Source: an uncultured Rivularia sp.
GTDB lineage: Bacteria; Cyanobacteriota; Cyanobacteriia; Cyanobacteriales; Nostocaceae
DNA: 64,000 nucleotides
Reading direction: 5' to 3'
NCBI GenBank assembly: GCA_963665115.1
Contig: OY762007.1
Span: forward strand, 1,760,001 to 1,824,000
The translations under genes were made by a program, and so were the position numbers. The notes below the pieces were generated by a model that saw only the letters and a program-made list of their open reading frames with translations, made no database searches and had not been told where the DNA came from. Shown piece by piece: positions 10,123-21,674 of this stretch. The number at the start of each line of letters is the position of its first letter. The first letter of the stretch is position 1.

Positions 10123-11472
10123 ATGATAAATATACAACGTTTTAGTATTACAATTGCTACAACCATTACAATTTGTTTGCTTTCGACTTCGTTGACGTTA
10201 GCGAAAGAAAAAAAGCCCAAGCCACCAAAAGAATTTCCACCAAATCCATTAGAGATTACCGTAACCGATCCATTGCTACCGGCTCGGGCTAATCAACAAT
10301 CTTTAAGTGGTGAGGAAAAGCGTTCTTTGGAAGCGGCTTTGGATAAACTTAATCTAGAAGCAACTGCAAAACTGCAAGCGGGAGATACTCCAGGAGCATT
10401 TGCAACTTGGAATAGAGAACTACGTTTACGTCGCTATTTGGGTACTTTGGCAGAAATTGAAGCACTACAGCGGGTTGGTGGAATTGCTTACACTAAAAAC
10501 AATCGCCAGCAAATAAGATATATTACCGAGCGATTGCAAACAATTCAAAAACAGGTTCAACAAGAGCAAACACCGAATTTGCAAGTATTGCAGGCTTTGG
10601 GTGAAGCTTACCGTCAAGTGCGATCGCCTTTGTTTGCGGTGGAAGCTTACAATCAAGTTTTGATAATTGTCCGAGGAAGTTCGGATATTGCAACAGAGAT
10701 AGAGGCTTTGAAAACAATTGGAAAAATTCATCTTGATTGGTTTGATTATCCAGCAGCTGCAACGACTTACGAACAATTAATAAATTTAGTTAATAATAAT
10801 AGCGATATTGAAGAATCTTTAAAAGATTTAGCTTACATTTATGACCGGACAAAACAGCCTTTAAAAGCAATAGATGTACGTAAAAAACTATCGTTAGTTT
10901 ACCGTCAAATAAATGATATTGCACAGTTATCGGCATTGAAATTAGCTATAGGTTCGGATTACGAAGCTTTGGCAAAAGAAAATCCTAATTTTGTCGATGA
11001 AGCTTTTAAAAATTATCAAGAAGCCTATACTATGGCTTGGGATTTTCAACAGTATGTACGTGCTGCTGAAGCTTTACAAAAGTTAGTTTCCTTGTATGTT
11101 GCAGAAAATCAAACAGAAGATGCTTTGCAAACAAGTCAGATTTTATTACAAGCAGAAGAACGAGCTGCTAACTTCTACGGTATGATGAATGCCTACGAGC
11201 AAATAGGTAAAATTCATTTACAGCGTCAAGAAAATCAATTGGCTCTTGCAGCTTTTCAAAAAGGATTAGAATTAGCGCAGCAATTAGGTTCTGAAACTGA
11301 TGAATTAAAAGAGCAAATTCAAAAAATATCGGGAAGAAACTTGAAACTGTTGAGATTATGCCGCCCTAATTTGCTACAGCATTCTCTTGTGAAAGCCGAT
11401 TTTCTTGAAAAATTGTCAATATTTGAGTTGAAACTATATTTTCGCTCGTTTTTTAGGAACCATCACTTTTAA
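10123..11472 (+). CDS. Secreted TPR protein (last ~45 aa may be frameshift read-through)
   Basis: Signal peptide followed by helical TPR-like repeats. Confidence 0.8.
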   Translation: MINIQRFSITIATTITICLLSTSLTLAKEKKPKPPKEFPPNPLEITVTDPLLPARANQQSLSGEEKRSLEAALDKLNLEATAKLQAGDTPGAFATWNRELRLRRYLGTLAEIEALQRVGGIAYTKNNRQQIRYITERLQTIQKQVQQEQTPNLQVLQALGEAYRQVRSPLFAVEAYNQVLIIVRGSSDIATEIEALKTIGKIHLDWFDYPAAATTYEQLINLVNNNSDIEESLKDLAYIYDRTKQPLKAIDVRKKLSLVYRQINDIAQLSALKLAIGSDYEALAKENPNFVDEAFKNYQEAYTMAWDFQQYVRAAEALQKLVSLYVAENQTEDALQTSQILLQAEERAANFYGMMNAYEQIGKIHLQRQENQLALAAFQKGLELAQQLGSETDELKEQIQKISGRNLKLLRLCRPNLLQHSLVKADFLEKLSIFELKLYFRSFFRNHHF

Positions 11473-11645
11473 GGAGTCTTTTTTGCTGTAGTAAATTGGA
11501 ATTTGGTTATGAAATTAAATTGTGCCGTAGTATATTGTCGAAACAGCGATTTCATATGCGGGAAAGTCGCAGCAATGCAAGTTATGGATAATTATCTGCA
11601 AGATATTCTTTAACAGTTTTGATAACAGAAGATAGTTTTTCATCT

Positions 11646-12008
11646 TCATACAGCAGCTTCCAGTTTAGTTAAAAGTGCAACCCTATCTTTTATTCCCAAC
11701 TGATAAATAAGCAAAGTTAAAAAGTATTCCCAATCCAATTGTCTCCGTTGAGCAATTCCATCGTAAAGTTCTACACCTGGTGGATTGCGTGCAATATCAA
11801 ATAAAATATCCAAGGTATGCACAACTTCCTGCTCTTCTACCCAACAGGAGATATATTTTTCTTCCTCTTCAATTGCTGTATCTTCTTTTTGCCATTGATA
11901 TCTATTTTGTTGAAATTGGCTGCCAAAGCCTGCAAACACTTCAGCCCCAATCGGTGCTGATAAATCAGCTAGGAATTCCAGCATTTTTTCTCTGCTTTGT
12001 TTTTTCAT
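11646..12008 (-). CDS. Hypothetical protein
   Basis: 120-aa ORF; may continue to ~11583 after a frameshift. Confidence 0.55.
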   Translation of the reverse strand: MKKQSREKMLEFLADLSAPIGAEVFAGFGSQFQQNRYQWQKEDTAIEEEEKYISCWVEEQEVVHTLDILFDIARNPPGVELYDGIAQRRQLDWEYFLTLLIYQLGIKDRVALLTKLEAAV

Positions 12009-12156
12009 CGAATATTGTGTTAGATAATTTATCTACACTAAGCATGAGCGCTCTATAATCGCTGCCTATAGTTCCATATCTGCCAATATTCCAATATAAG
12101 ACTCATTCCCTAAATATGTGGTTGAGTGCAACTATTAATTTTTGTAAATACCCTTG

Positions 12157-12176
12157 TTAATAAAAATCTTTATCAA
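12157..12176. promoter_or_regulatory. Putative Fur box upstream of isiA
   Basis: TTAATAAAAATCTTTATCAA, an imperfect palindrome ~250 bp before isiA. Confidence 0.5.
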
Positions 12177-12422
12177 TAAACTAAGCATTAAGTCAAAAGA
12201 TAAAAACGTTGCACTGTTAGCGGTAAGTTCCTTGGCGGAGTATGTTTGTGTAACTATAGTGCTTCTAAAGCTATATTGCGTAACTATTCCAACCGAAACG
12301 GACTTCGATTAAAATTTTCGTATTGTGGCAATCAATCAAGCTGCTTTGAACAAAACAAGTTGAGCAGTTAATTACAGCCAAATTGTTGAGTAAATATAGC
12401 AATAAGGAGCAAGCGTTAAACA

Positions 12423-13469
12423 ATGCAAACTTACGATAATCCCAGAGTTAAATATGATTGGTGGGCTGGTAATGCACGCTTCGCCAAATTGTCAGGTTTA
12501 TTTATCGGCGCTCATGCAGCGCAAGCGGCTTTAATTACTCTGTGGGCTGGTTCATTCACTCTATTTGAACTGTCTCGATATAACCCCGAGATTGCAATGG
12601 GGGAACAAGGGTTAATTTTGTTGCCTCATTTAGCGACTTTAGGTTTTGGTGTAGGAGATGGTGGGATTGTAGTTGATACATATCCTTTTTTTGCTATCGG
12701 AGTTATACACCTGATTTCATCTGCTGTCTTTGCTGCGGGTGGGCTGTTCCATACCTTCAAAGCTCCTCGAAACTTGAAAGATGCGACGGGACAGGCTCGC
12801 AAGTTTGACTTTGAATGGGATGATGCCAAACAATTAGGAATTATTTTGGGACATCACCTGTTGTTTTTAGGAGCCGGAGCATTGTTGTTAGCAGCTAAAG
12901 CAATGTACTTTGGCGGACTCTATGATGCAGCATCTGAGACTGTCCGCACGGTGACGAATCCGACTCTTAACCCTTTAGTCATCTATGGTTATCAGTTTCA
13001 TTTTGCTAGTGTCGATAATCTCGAAGATTTAGTAGGGGGACATATTTATGTCGGTGTAATGTTGATTGGTGGAGGAGTATGGCATATTGTCCAGGAACCA
13101 TTACCTTGGGCGAAGAGAGCGTTAATCTTCTCTGGTGAAGCCATTCTTTCTTACTCTTTAGGAGGAATTGCCTTAGCTGGATTTGTTGCATCTTATTACT
13201 GTGCGGTAAACACTTTGGCTTATCCAGTTGAGTTTTATGGTCCTGCTTTAGAACTAAAGTTTGGTATTTGTCCCTATTTTGCAGACACTATAGATTTACC
13301 TTATGGTGCTCATACAGCCAGAGCATGGTTAGCAAACTCTCATTTCTTCCTTGCTTTCTTCTTTTTGCAAGGACATTTATGGCACGCGCTACGAGCTATT
13401 GGTGTTGACTTCAAACAGTTTGGTAAAGCATTGGATACTGCTGTAGGTACTGTCGGTAGCGAATCGTAA
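12423..13469 (+). CDS. isiA: Iron-stress chlorophyll-binding protein IsiA (CP43')
   Basis: [21 protein letters not shown]-terminus; CP43-like helices; [17 protein letters not shown]. Confidence 0.95.
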   Translation: MQTYDNPRVKYDWWAGNARFAKLSGLFIGAHAAQAALITLWAGSFTLFELSRYNPEIAMGEQGLILLPHLATLGFGVGDGGIVVDTYPFFAIGVIHLISSAVFAAGGLFHTFKAPRNLKDATGQARKFDFEWDDAKQLGIILGHHLLFLGAGALLLAAKAMYFGGLYDAASETVRTVTNPTLNPLVIYGYQFHFASVDNLEDLVGGHIYVGVMLIGGGVWHIVQEPLPWAKRALIFSGEAILSYSLGGIALAGFVASYYCAVNTLAYPVEFYGPALELKFGICPYFADTIDLPYGAHTARAWLANSHFFLAFFFLQGHLWHALRAIGVDFKQFGKALDTAVGTVGSES

Positions 13470-13533
13470 TAACTATGGAGACGTTGTTTTATACAGCGTC
13501 TCCAAATTGCAATGTTAGAAAAGGGTAAAAATT

Positions 13534-14500
13534 GTGGCTGTTTCAACCGATAAAACTTTTGCATCAGGTACAGAGTCACCTTGGTTAGTTGGTAATGCTC
13601 GTTTAACCGATTTATCAGGGCAATTATTGGGCGCTCATATCGCTCATGCAGGTTTAATTATGTTTTGGGCGGGAAGTATTACCATTATTGAGGTATTGCG
13701 TTTTGCCCCTGGTATACCAATGTATCAACAGACGATGACTTTGTTACCCCATCTTGCAACTTTGGGTTGGGGAGTTGGTGCTAATGGTCAAGTGGTAGAT
13801 ACTTATCCCTATTTTGTCATCGGTATTCTGCATTTAATCGCTTCAGCAGTTTTAGGTGCGGGTGGACTTTTTCATGTATTTCGCGGTCCGAAGGTTTTGT
13901 ATAGCCTCGGTGGAATCGTAGCGAAATTTCACTACGAATGGAACGACCCCCAGACAATTAGCTTTTATCTTGGGTAATCATCTGATTGTTCTTGGTTTGG
14001 GAGCATTTCTTTTAGTAGTAAAAGCGATGTTTGTTGGTGGAATTTATGATGCTAATCTTGGTAACGTGCGATTAATAAGTAACCCAACTCTCGACCCAAG
14101 TATTATATTTGGTTACTTAGTTGGTTTAAAAGATGGCAGTTGGAATATTTTAGGAATGGCGAGCGTTGACAATTTAGAAGATGTCATCGGCGGTCATATT
14201 TGGGTAGGATTGATGTTAATTTTTGGTGGTGTTTGGCATATTTTAATACCACCTTTTAGCTGGGTAAGGCGAATTTTTCCAATTGAAAACGGTGAGGAAA
14301 TTCTTTCTTATAGCCTGCTTGGTTTAGCTTTAATGGCTTTTATATCTATTCCGTTTATAGCCTATAACCAAATAGTCTATCCTAGCGAATTCTATGGTTA
14401 TGACAGATTAGGTAGAGCGAATGTACAGCTTTTTCTAGGAATTCTAGCTTTTTGTGGTTATATTTGGCATTCTTGGCGTTCCCGTCAAATTAACCTTTAA
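13534..14500 (+). CDS. IsiA/Pcb-family paralogue (frameshift ~13950, C-run)
   Basis: [22 protein letters not shown]; removing one C gives [13 protein letters not shown]; then [10 protein letters not shown] and GYIWH. Confidence 0.85.
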
Positions 14501-14546
14501 TTCTCCATAGTTTTTAATTTTTCTGACTTGAGAGCCTACTAAATTC

Positions 14547-14584
14547 AATGTCCGTAGTTGAAATTTCTCTGCGGGCATTTTTTT
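14547..14584 (+). terminator. Intrinsic terminator after the isiA-pcb pair
   Basis: AATGTCCGTAG...CTGCGGGCATT stem followed by a T-run. Confidence 0.6.
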
Positions 14585-14608
14585 GGAAAATTATTTTGAG
14601 GATAAATT

Positions 14609-14884
14609 ATGCTACCTACAATTTTTTGTGCTTTCTGTGCGTGGACAATAGTTATTTTAGGCATTGCTAGTTTTTGGTTGATGCTAAATAAAGGAACAAA
14701 TCACCTCAAAAAGCTACATGATATTCCTTGTTCTGACTGTGATTTTTTTACCAATGATTACCGTCTCAAATGTACGATTCATCCGGAACAAGCTTGTTCG
14801 GAAGAAGCTATCGGCTGTATTGATTTTGAGGTGAAAACCGCTAATTGCAATAGTTGTCAAAAAGGTAAGCGTAAATTATATTAA
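14609..14884 (+). CDS. Conserved cyanobacterial small membrane protein with Cys cluster
   Basis: TM helix then LHDIPCSDCDFFTNDYRLKCTIHP..ACSEEAIGCIDF; GAGG RBS. Confidence 0.75.
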   Translation: MLPTIFCAFCAWTIVILGIASFWLMLNKGTNHLKKLHDIPCSDCDFFTNDYRLKCTIHPEQACSEEAIGCIDFEVKTANCNSCQKGKRKLY

Positions 14885-15067
14885 GCTGCGACAGCCCTTA
14901 AGTTAGGCGATCGCATTTACTTTCGCTCTGTGCTAATCCTACAAACCGGGCGTTGTGACTGCTGCACAAGATATCTCTAATTCCAAAAGCAACGGATTCG
15001 CAATTCATATATTTACAAAACTTCACAAAATCGAGGATACATATTTTCAAAATATTGATATGCTAAA

Positions 15068-15097
15068 AAATAATTATTGCAAGTAATAATCATTAAC
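15068..15097. promoter_or_regulatory. Putative Fur box upstream of flavodoxin
   Basis: AATAATTATTGCAAGTAATAATCATTAAC resembles the GATAATCATTATC half of the Fur consensus. Confidence 0.45.
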
Positions 15098-15296
15098 TTA
15101 GAATGCTTGATGAATATTATTTGCCTTTGTATATAATTGGATGCTTCTCTAGAACCGATGTAGAGAATGATGGGGTTAGTTTTCTCCTTCATGCTCTATG
15201 CTCATTATCTCAAGAACGAATACATCTAATAGAAAGAAGTTGCAATAATTTCATTTTTTCTCAGTTAATTAATTTTCAACAGCGAGTAATCAGGAA

Positions 15297-15806
15297 ATGT
15301 CAAAACAAATTGGTCTTTTTTACGGTACTACAACTGGTAAAACCGAAGCTGCGGCGGAAACGATTCGGGATGCTTTCGGTGGTGATGTGACTATGCATGA
15401 GATAGCTGATACAGATACGAGTGATTTTGATGAGTATGAATGTTTAATTATCGGTTGTCCGACTTGGAATATCGGCGAACTTCAGAGTGATTGGGAAGGC
15501 TTTTTTGAAGAACTAGATGAGATTGATTTTAGCGCTAAGACAGTTGCTTACTTTGGTACCGGAGATCAAATTGGGTACGAAGAAAACTTTCAAGATGCGA
15601 TGGGAATTTTAGAAGAAAAAATTTCTGAGAGAGGTGGGAAAACTGTTGGTTATACGTCAACAGATGGATATGAATTTAGTGAATCTAAAGCTTTGAGAGA
15701 TGGGAAGTTTTGCGGGCTTGCCCTTGATGATGACAATCAATCGGATTTAAGTGATGAAAGAATCAAGGCTTGGGCTGCTCAAGTTAAATCAGCTTTCGGA
15801 TTATAA
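15297..15806 (+). CDS. isiB: Long-chain flavodoxin
   Basis: [37 protein letters not shown]. Confidence 0.95.
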   Translation: MSKQIGLFYGTTTGKTEAAAETIRDAFGGDVTMHEIADTDTSDFDEYECLIIGCPTWNIGELQSDWEGFFEELDEIDFSAKTVAYFGTGDQIGYEENFQDAMGILEEKISERGGKTVGYTSTDGYEFSESKALRDGKFCGLALDDDNQSDLSDERIKAWAAQVKSAFGL

Positions 15807-15873
15807 ATTTAGTCATGTGTTCTTTTTTAGTCAGAATTTCAAACCCGTTAAACAATCCAAAATCCAAAATCAA

Positions 15874-16923
15874 ATGGCTGTAACAACTCTATCCAATCGA
15901 ACATATAGCTTTACTAACGTTGACTGGTATCGTGGTAATGCTCGTTTGCTCAACTTATCCGGTAAACTTCTGGGCGCTCATGTAGCTCATGCAGGTTTGA
16001 TAGTCTTCTGGGCGGGTGCAATGACGTTGTTTGAATTAACGCACTTTAACCCAGCTTTACCAATGTACGAACAAGGGTTAATTTTACTTCCACATTTAGC
16101 AAGTCTTGGTTTAGGTGTCGGTGCTGGGGGTGCAGTAACTGACATTCAGCCCTATTACATAATTGGTGTAATACATTTAATTTCCTCTGCGGTTTTAGGC
16201 GCGGGTGGTATATTTCATTCGTTAAAAGGACCGAGTGTATTGCCAGAAAACTCTAGTTTCGCGGGCTTTTTTGGCTATGACTGGAAAGATAAGGATAAGA
16301 TGACCACTATTTTAGGAATTCATCTGATTCTTTTAGGTGTAGGTGCTTGGTTATTAGTGGCAAAAGCCATGTTATGGGGTGGACTATTCGATCCTCATTT
16401 CGGAACGGGTGGAGACGTGCGAGTAATTAATCATCCAACACTTAATCCACTGAGAATTTTTAGCTATTTATTACCCGTTCATGGTGCTACAGGAATGGCT
16501 GCTGTGGATAACCTAGAAGACGTAATTGGTGGTCATATCTGGGTTGGCTTAATGTGCATTGGTGGTGGTATTTGGCACATCAGAAGTAAGCCATTTACCT
16601 GGACAGAAAAACTTTTAGTTTGGTCTGGAGAGGCTTATCTATCCTACAGTTTAGGAGCAATAGCATATATGGGATTTCTGGCTGCAACTTTTGCTTTTTT
16701 CAATGACACAGTTTATCCAAAAGTCTTTTACGGGGCTGCAAGAATGATAGAATCCTCTCCAGATTTAGTCTCTTCTCGGGGATGGTTGGTAAGTTTTCAT
16801 ATTGCTTTAGCAACCCTATTTCTATGCGGACATATATGGCACGCTAGTCGCGCTCGTTTAACCGAAGCTGGATTTGATTTTAATAATGACGATATAGTCA
16901 ACCCTCCGAGAGTTGTTAGCTAA
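15874..16923 (+). CDS. Third IsiA/Pcb-family chlorophyll-binding protein
   Basis: [24 protein letters not shown] ... [10 protein letters not shown]; probable start MAVTT at 15874. Confidence 0.9.
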   Translation: MAVTTLSNRTYSFTNVDWYRGNARLLNLSGKLLGAHVAHAGLIVFWAGAMTLFELTHFNPALPMYEQGLILLPHLASLGLGVGAGGAVTDIQPYYIIGVIHLISSAVLGAGGIFHSLKGPSVLPENSSFAGFFGYDWKDKDKMTTILGIHLILLGVGAWLLVAKAMLWGGLFDPHFGTGGDVRVINHPTLNPLRIFSYLLPVHGATGMAAVDNLEDVIGGHIWVGLMCIGGGIWHIRSKPFTWTEKLLVWSGEAYLSYSLGAIAYMGFLAATFAFFNDTVYPKVFYGAARMIESSPDLVSSRGWLVSFHIALATLFLCGHIWHASRARLTEAGFDFNNDDIVNPPRVVS

Positions 16924-16979
16924 AAAAATTGGATTGACGGCTTACGGAAAGCAGTCAATCTAATTCGCCAAAATAAAAA

Positions 16980-17007
16980 CCTGCGAACCTAATATAAGGT
17001 TCGCAGG
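16980..17007. terminator. Hairpin between convergent genes
   Basis: CCTGCGAACCT-aatata-AGGTTCGCAGG; T-rich tail on the minus strand. Confidence 0.6.
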
Positions 17008-17177
17008 AAGTCAGAATTTTGAAGGGAAATTCTCTGAATATTTCTACTCAAATTTAAAAAAGTTTGGTAGTGGAAGCATCTTGCTCCTTCTTTGCTGAGG
17101 GGAAAGATGCTCCCACTATAGAACTTAACTGGAAAAACTATAAAAGTGATGTGAAAGATAATTTCAACAATCTAAAC

Positions 17178-17965
17178 TTACTTTGCAGATTTGTGTGATT
17201 TACGCTTACGTAAGAACATACCACCACTAACAGCTAACATTCCTAAAGCGAAGCTTGGTTCGGGTACGCTGGCTTGTACAAATTTCCCTTTGCCAACGCG
17301 GAATGTATGGTTGTCAGTTTCAAAACCACCGTCACCGACTTGAGAAATCATAATCTTATCGAAGTTATCATCTATACCTTGAGAGAAGAACTCGAAGAAA
17401 CCATTTGTTTGTCCTCCATGCTGCTGGGCTGCTGTAGGAGCAAGCGCGGTCAAGATATTGTATGTTAAAGTGGTCGCAGCTTGGGCCATACCCTTACTAT
17501 CTGTGTAGTTGAATTCTACAGCATTACCTGCATTGAAGAATTCGAGGGTGTTACCTTCACTCAAAGCGCCCAAATTTATACCGAAGTAATTGAAAGTATC
17601 GCCTTCTTTAGCTGTTTCGATAACAGCACTTTTACCTTCAAATACTTGTAAATAATCCGATGTGTTTTCTTCGCCATTCACCCCAGCAGGTGCCCATCTC
17701 TTTTCACCACCAACTGAAGTTTTATTATTACTACCCTCGAAAGAATACTTTACTTTATCATTACCTGGCAACTTGCCGTCATTGAAATCAAATGTCTCGT
17801 AACCTGCGTCATTAACATTCTGCGAAAAAGCACCTTGGTTTGTTACATTGCTATCGCGAAAAGCACCAGAAAACTATAGCTAAAACCAGCAGCTTGTGCA
17901 GAACCAGCGTAAGCAACGGTAGCGATAGCAGATAAAGCAGCAATTGAAAATAATTTCTTAAACAT
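17178..17965 (-). CDS. PEP-CTERM surface protein (frameshift ~17870, T-run)
   Basis: Signal peptide MFKKLFSIAALSAIATVAYAGSAQA; C-terminal VPEPS + TM + RKRK. Confidence 0.85.
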
Positions 17966-18807
17966 GAATCTAATTCTTTTCTCTTTAATGTCTTCTCTTT
18001 AATCTTCTCTTTCGAGCCGATATCTGAATTGTGCGCTGTATTGAAGACAAAAGTTAGGTGATATTTACTGAAGTCTGAAATATTTTCAACTCATAAATAA
18101 AAAGTATTAAATTTTACTTCGACTAGAGAATATCTCAGTATTGAACTACCTAAAGTAAGCTTTCTTCACCAGTTATGTAAAAAACAATCCAGATTTTATC
18201 GCTATAATTGTGAAGAAATGACATTATTGTTTTTATATCCCGAATTAATGCCAACGGCTTTACAAGTAACTCAAATTTAAACGCTAAATTTGAGCCTCAA
18301 ATAAAGGATAATCCTCAATCACTGCGTATCTACGATTGCTGAAATTCATCTCAAACATAACTGCGATCGCGATTTGAGCAAGGTCATCTTATTTATCCAA
18401 TATTTTGTACCATTTTATACACTTTATTTTAGTTCAGCTAATTACTTATATATATATAAAAAAGGTAGTAATTCTACTTTTTAATTAAGAAATTGGGAAT
18501 TGGGAATTGGGCATAGGGCATAGGGCATAGGGCATTCGTAATAGAACTACCCAGCAGATTTTTTTATCGCCAGAATGTTTTATGTTCCTTGTAAGCTGTT
18601 ACGCATTTTATTTGTATTTAACTAGCGGGCAAGATGCCCGCACTACAAGAATTTGATATTTATTTCCTACGGACACGCTTCGCTAACGTTTTACACAATT
18701 TAGCTGCACATCAGCTTATTAGTGCAGGTACCGGATTCCCAATTGACACTAAAAGCTTTTACCTATAATCTTTAAGCAATTTAGAAATAAATAATTAAAA
18801 TAAATAT

Positions 18808-19794
18808 ATGAACAAAGTAGATTACCTGCGTATCAGTTTAATAGACCGTTGTAACTTTCGCTGTCATTATTGCGTGCCGGAAGGCGAAAAACTTGATTAT
18901 ATATTACAACAGGAATTACTAAATTATCAGGAGTTATTAACTCTACTAAAAGAAGTATTTATTCCATTGGAATTTACTAAATTTCGTCTTACCGGAGGTG
19001 AACCATTATTACGTCCGGGGGTAGTTGATTTTGTTGGAGAAGTTGCTTCTCTTTCTGGATGCGATGATTTAGCAATGACGACTAACGGTTTTTTGTTAGA
19101 TAAATTAGCAAAACCACTTTTTGATGCTGGTTTGCGACGCATCAATATCAGTCTTGATTCGCTAAATCCAGAAATTTTTGACAAAATGATTGGGAATGGG
19201 GGAAAGTCGCGCTGGGAAAAAACTTGGCAAGGTATTCAAGCAGCCTATGAAGTAGGTTTCAATCCTTTGAAGCTAAATGTAGTTGTTATCAAAGGAATAA
19301 ACGATTCGGAAATTCTCGAATTAGCAGCTTTAACTATCAAGCGTAATTGGCACGTCCGTTTTATTGAATTTATGCCGATTGGTAATAGTAAATTATTTGA
19401 CGAATCTGCCTGGATTCCTTCTGTGGAATTACGTGAAAGTATTTCGCAAAAATTCGGCTTAATTGAATCTAATATAAAAGGAAATGGCCCGGCAGATGTT
19501 TTTAAAATTCCTGGTGCTAAAGGTACTTTAGGATTTATTTCGCAAATGTCAGAATGCTTTTGCGACAGATGCAACCGGATTCGTTTATCTGCCGATGGTT
19601 GGTTGCGCCCTTGTTTATTAAATGAAACTGGTCAAATTAATTTAAAAGATGCGTTACGCAATGGAGTTGATTCTTCTGAGTTAAGGGAAAAGGTAAGAGA
19701 TTTACTGTTTCTTAAAGAGGAAATTAATTTTAAAGAACGAGATAGGGGAACAATTGGTACTTACAACCGTACTATGTCACAAATTGGAGGTTGA
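18808..19794 (+). CDS. moaA: GTP 3',8-cyclase
   Basis: CNFRCHYC radical-SAM motif, [11 protein letters not shown]-terminal MSQIGG. Confidence 0.97.
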   Translation: MNKVDYLRISLIDRCNFRCHYCVPEGEKLDYILQQELLNYQELLTLLKEVFIPLEFTKFRLTGGEPLLRPGVVDFVGEVASLSGCDDLAMTTNGFLLDKLAKPLFDAGLRRINISLDSLNPEIFDKMIGNGGKSRWEKTWQGIQAAYEVGFNPLKLNVVVIKGINDSEILELAALTIKRNWHVRFIEFMPIGNSKLFDESAWIPSVELRESISQKFGLIESNIKGNGPADVFKIPGAKGTLGFISQMSECFCDRCNRIRLSADGWLRPCLLNETGQINLKDALRNGVDSSELREKVRDLLFLKEEINFKERDRGTIGTYNRTMSQIGG

Positions 19795-19896
19795 GAACAA
19801 TTTTGGATTTTAACAACGGATGGGTTTGTTTTAGATTTTATATTTTAGTTCGCCGGGGGTTGAAAACACCCGCATAATAGCAAAATTCCGATAAAT

Positions 19897-20167
19897 CTCA
19901 CATCTTGCACCATTCGCAACAACCGCCTTGGAATAAATTCTCCGCAGTCGCTACAACGGGGGGAACCCCCGCAACGCGCTGCTCTCCAGGCTCAAAAATA
20001 AAGTCTGATTGCGGCAGACTGGGTAATGCTTTGAGTGCGTTTTAACGTACTTTGTTTATGCAGCCCTGAAATTGATTTCTCTGCGTTCACGCGGAGCGTG
20101 CGGGCTAGAAAGCCTCCGGCTTACAAGGCGGGTATTCGGGCTTAACGACACTGGTGCAAGATGTCAG
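19897..20167. mobile_element. MITE-like element, 16-bp TIRs, 6-bp target duplication
   Basis: CTCACATCTTGCACCA ... TGGTGCAAGATGTCAG (1 mismatch), flanked on both sides by ATAAAT (19891-19896 and 20168-20173). Confidence 0.8.
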
Positions 20168-20375
20168 ATAAATAGGACTAATTTAATACCCAATATATTT
20201 AGTGTGGTATTTGATTTTTTAGTCGTCTTTAGAGGGACTTTCGCTATTAGCCGCGAGTAATGCTTTTAACTACTTATGTATACAAGGCAGCCTTATTAAG
20301 AAGAGGGATTTCCCGTTTTTATCAAAATTTTCTACAAATCATTTAGAATTATCAGGTTGAACTCCAAAAAAAATA

Positions 20376-21602
20376 ATGCAATCTAAACTACATTATTCTA
20401 ATAAGTTAGCAAAGCTAATCCTGACAAGTTATCTTTGCTGTTTACCTTTGCTAGCTTGTGGCGATCGCCAGCAAATCAGCCAAGATCAAACTTCACCAAC
20501 CGCAGAAGCTCAAACAACTTCCCAAAAGGCACCTCTATCATTACAAACATCACCACAAGATGATAAATATTTTCTTGATAATCAAATTTGGGGTGAAGCT
20601 GGAGATAAACAAAATTTACTTAAAGCAATTGATTATAGTTTAAGCTATCTGCAAACTCCAGGAGCTTCTTCGACTTATGAAAAATATATTGTTCCCGAAA
20701 TTACCCGAGAAAGAGTTGAAAAAAGCCTGAATAGATTTCGTGAATTAGTTGTTAATTCTCAAAACGCTGAAGAATTACAGGCTGCTGTTAACAAAGAATT
20801 TGTATTTTATAAATCTATTGGTTCGGACAATCAAGGTACTATTTTATTTACTGGTTATTACAAACCAATTTACCAAGCAAGTCGCCAACCAACAGCAGAA
20901 TACCGCTATCCCGTCTATCGTTTACCCGAGGATTTTAAAACTTGGAGTAAACCCCATCCCACTCGTTTAGAATTGGAAGGTGCAGACGCTTTACAAGCAG
21001 AAAAAGGGAAACTAAAAGGTAATAAATTATTTTGGTTAAAATCCCGTATGGATGCCTTTCTGGCTCAAGTGCAAGGATCTGCGGTATTGGAATTTTCGGA
21101 TGGTACTACCACTTCAATTAATTATGCAGCAAATACCGACCATGAATATGTCAGTTTGGGGAAAGAATTAATCAAAGATGGGAAATTGGAACAAGAAGGA
21201 ATCACTCTAGAAAAAGTTATTAATTATTTAGAAGAAAATCCCGAAAGCCAAAATGAATATTTACCTAGAAACCCTCGTTTTATCTTTTTTAAAGATACTA
21301 AAAACGCTCCCGCAATCGGCAGCCTTAATGTCCCAGTTACACCAGAAAGATCGATTGCTACAGATAAATCATTAATGCCTCCCGGTGCATTAGCCATAAT
21401 TCGCGCACCTTTCCCATTTATTAACCAAGGCGAAATTGAACAGCGTTTAGTTAGTCGCTACGTACTCGATCAAGATACAGGAGGTGCAATCAAAACCCCA
21501 GGGAGAGTTGATTACTATATCGGTGTCGGCAAAGAAGCAGGCGATCGCGCTGGTGCTATTGTCAATCAAGGCGAGCTATATTACTTATTATTGAAGAATT
21601 GA
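20376..21602 (+). CDS. mltA: Membrane-bound lytic murein transglycosylase A (lipoprotein)
   Basis: Lipobox LLAC; FTGYY.P, QVQGS, NPRFIFF, SIATD, DQDTGGAIK..GRVD. Confidence 0.92.
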   Translation: MQSKLHYSNKLAKLILTSYLCCLPLLACGDRQQISQDQTSPTAEAQTTSQKAPLSLQTSPQDDKYFLDNQIWGEAGDKQNLLKAIDYSLSYLQTPGASSTYEKYIVPEITRERVEKSLNRFRELVVNSQNAEELQAAVNKEFVFYKSIGSDNQGTILFTGYYKPIYQASRQPTAEYRYPVYRLPEDFKTWSKPHPTRLELEGADALQAEKGKLKGNKLFWLKSRMDAFLAQVQGSAVLEFSDGTTTSINYAANTDHEYVSLGKELIKDGKLEQEGITLEKVINYLEENPESQNEYLPRNPRFIFFKDTKNAPAIGSLNVPVTPERSIATDKSLMPPGALAIIRAPFPFINQGEIEQRLVSRYVLDQDTGGAIKTPGRVDYYIGVGKEAGDRAGAIVNQGELYYLLLKN

Positions 21603-21674
21603 CGACTAGATTTAACCCATTGCCTATTACCCATTACCTATTACCTATTACCTATTACCAATTATTAATTACCC

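Noticed and set aside
20072..20260. 62-aa ORF
   Set aside because: Lies within nested repeat elements.
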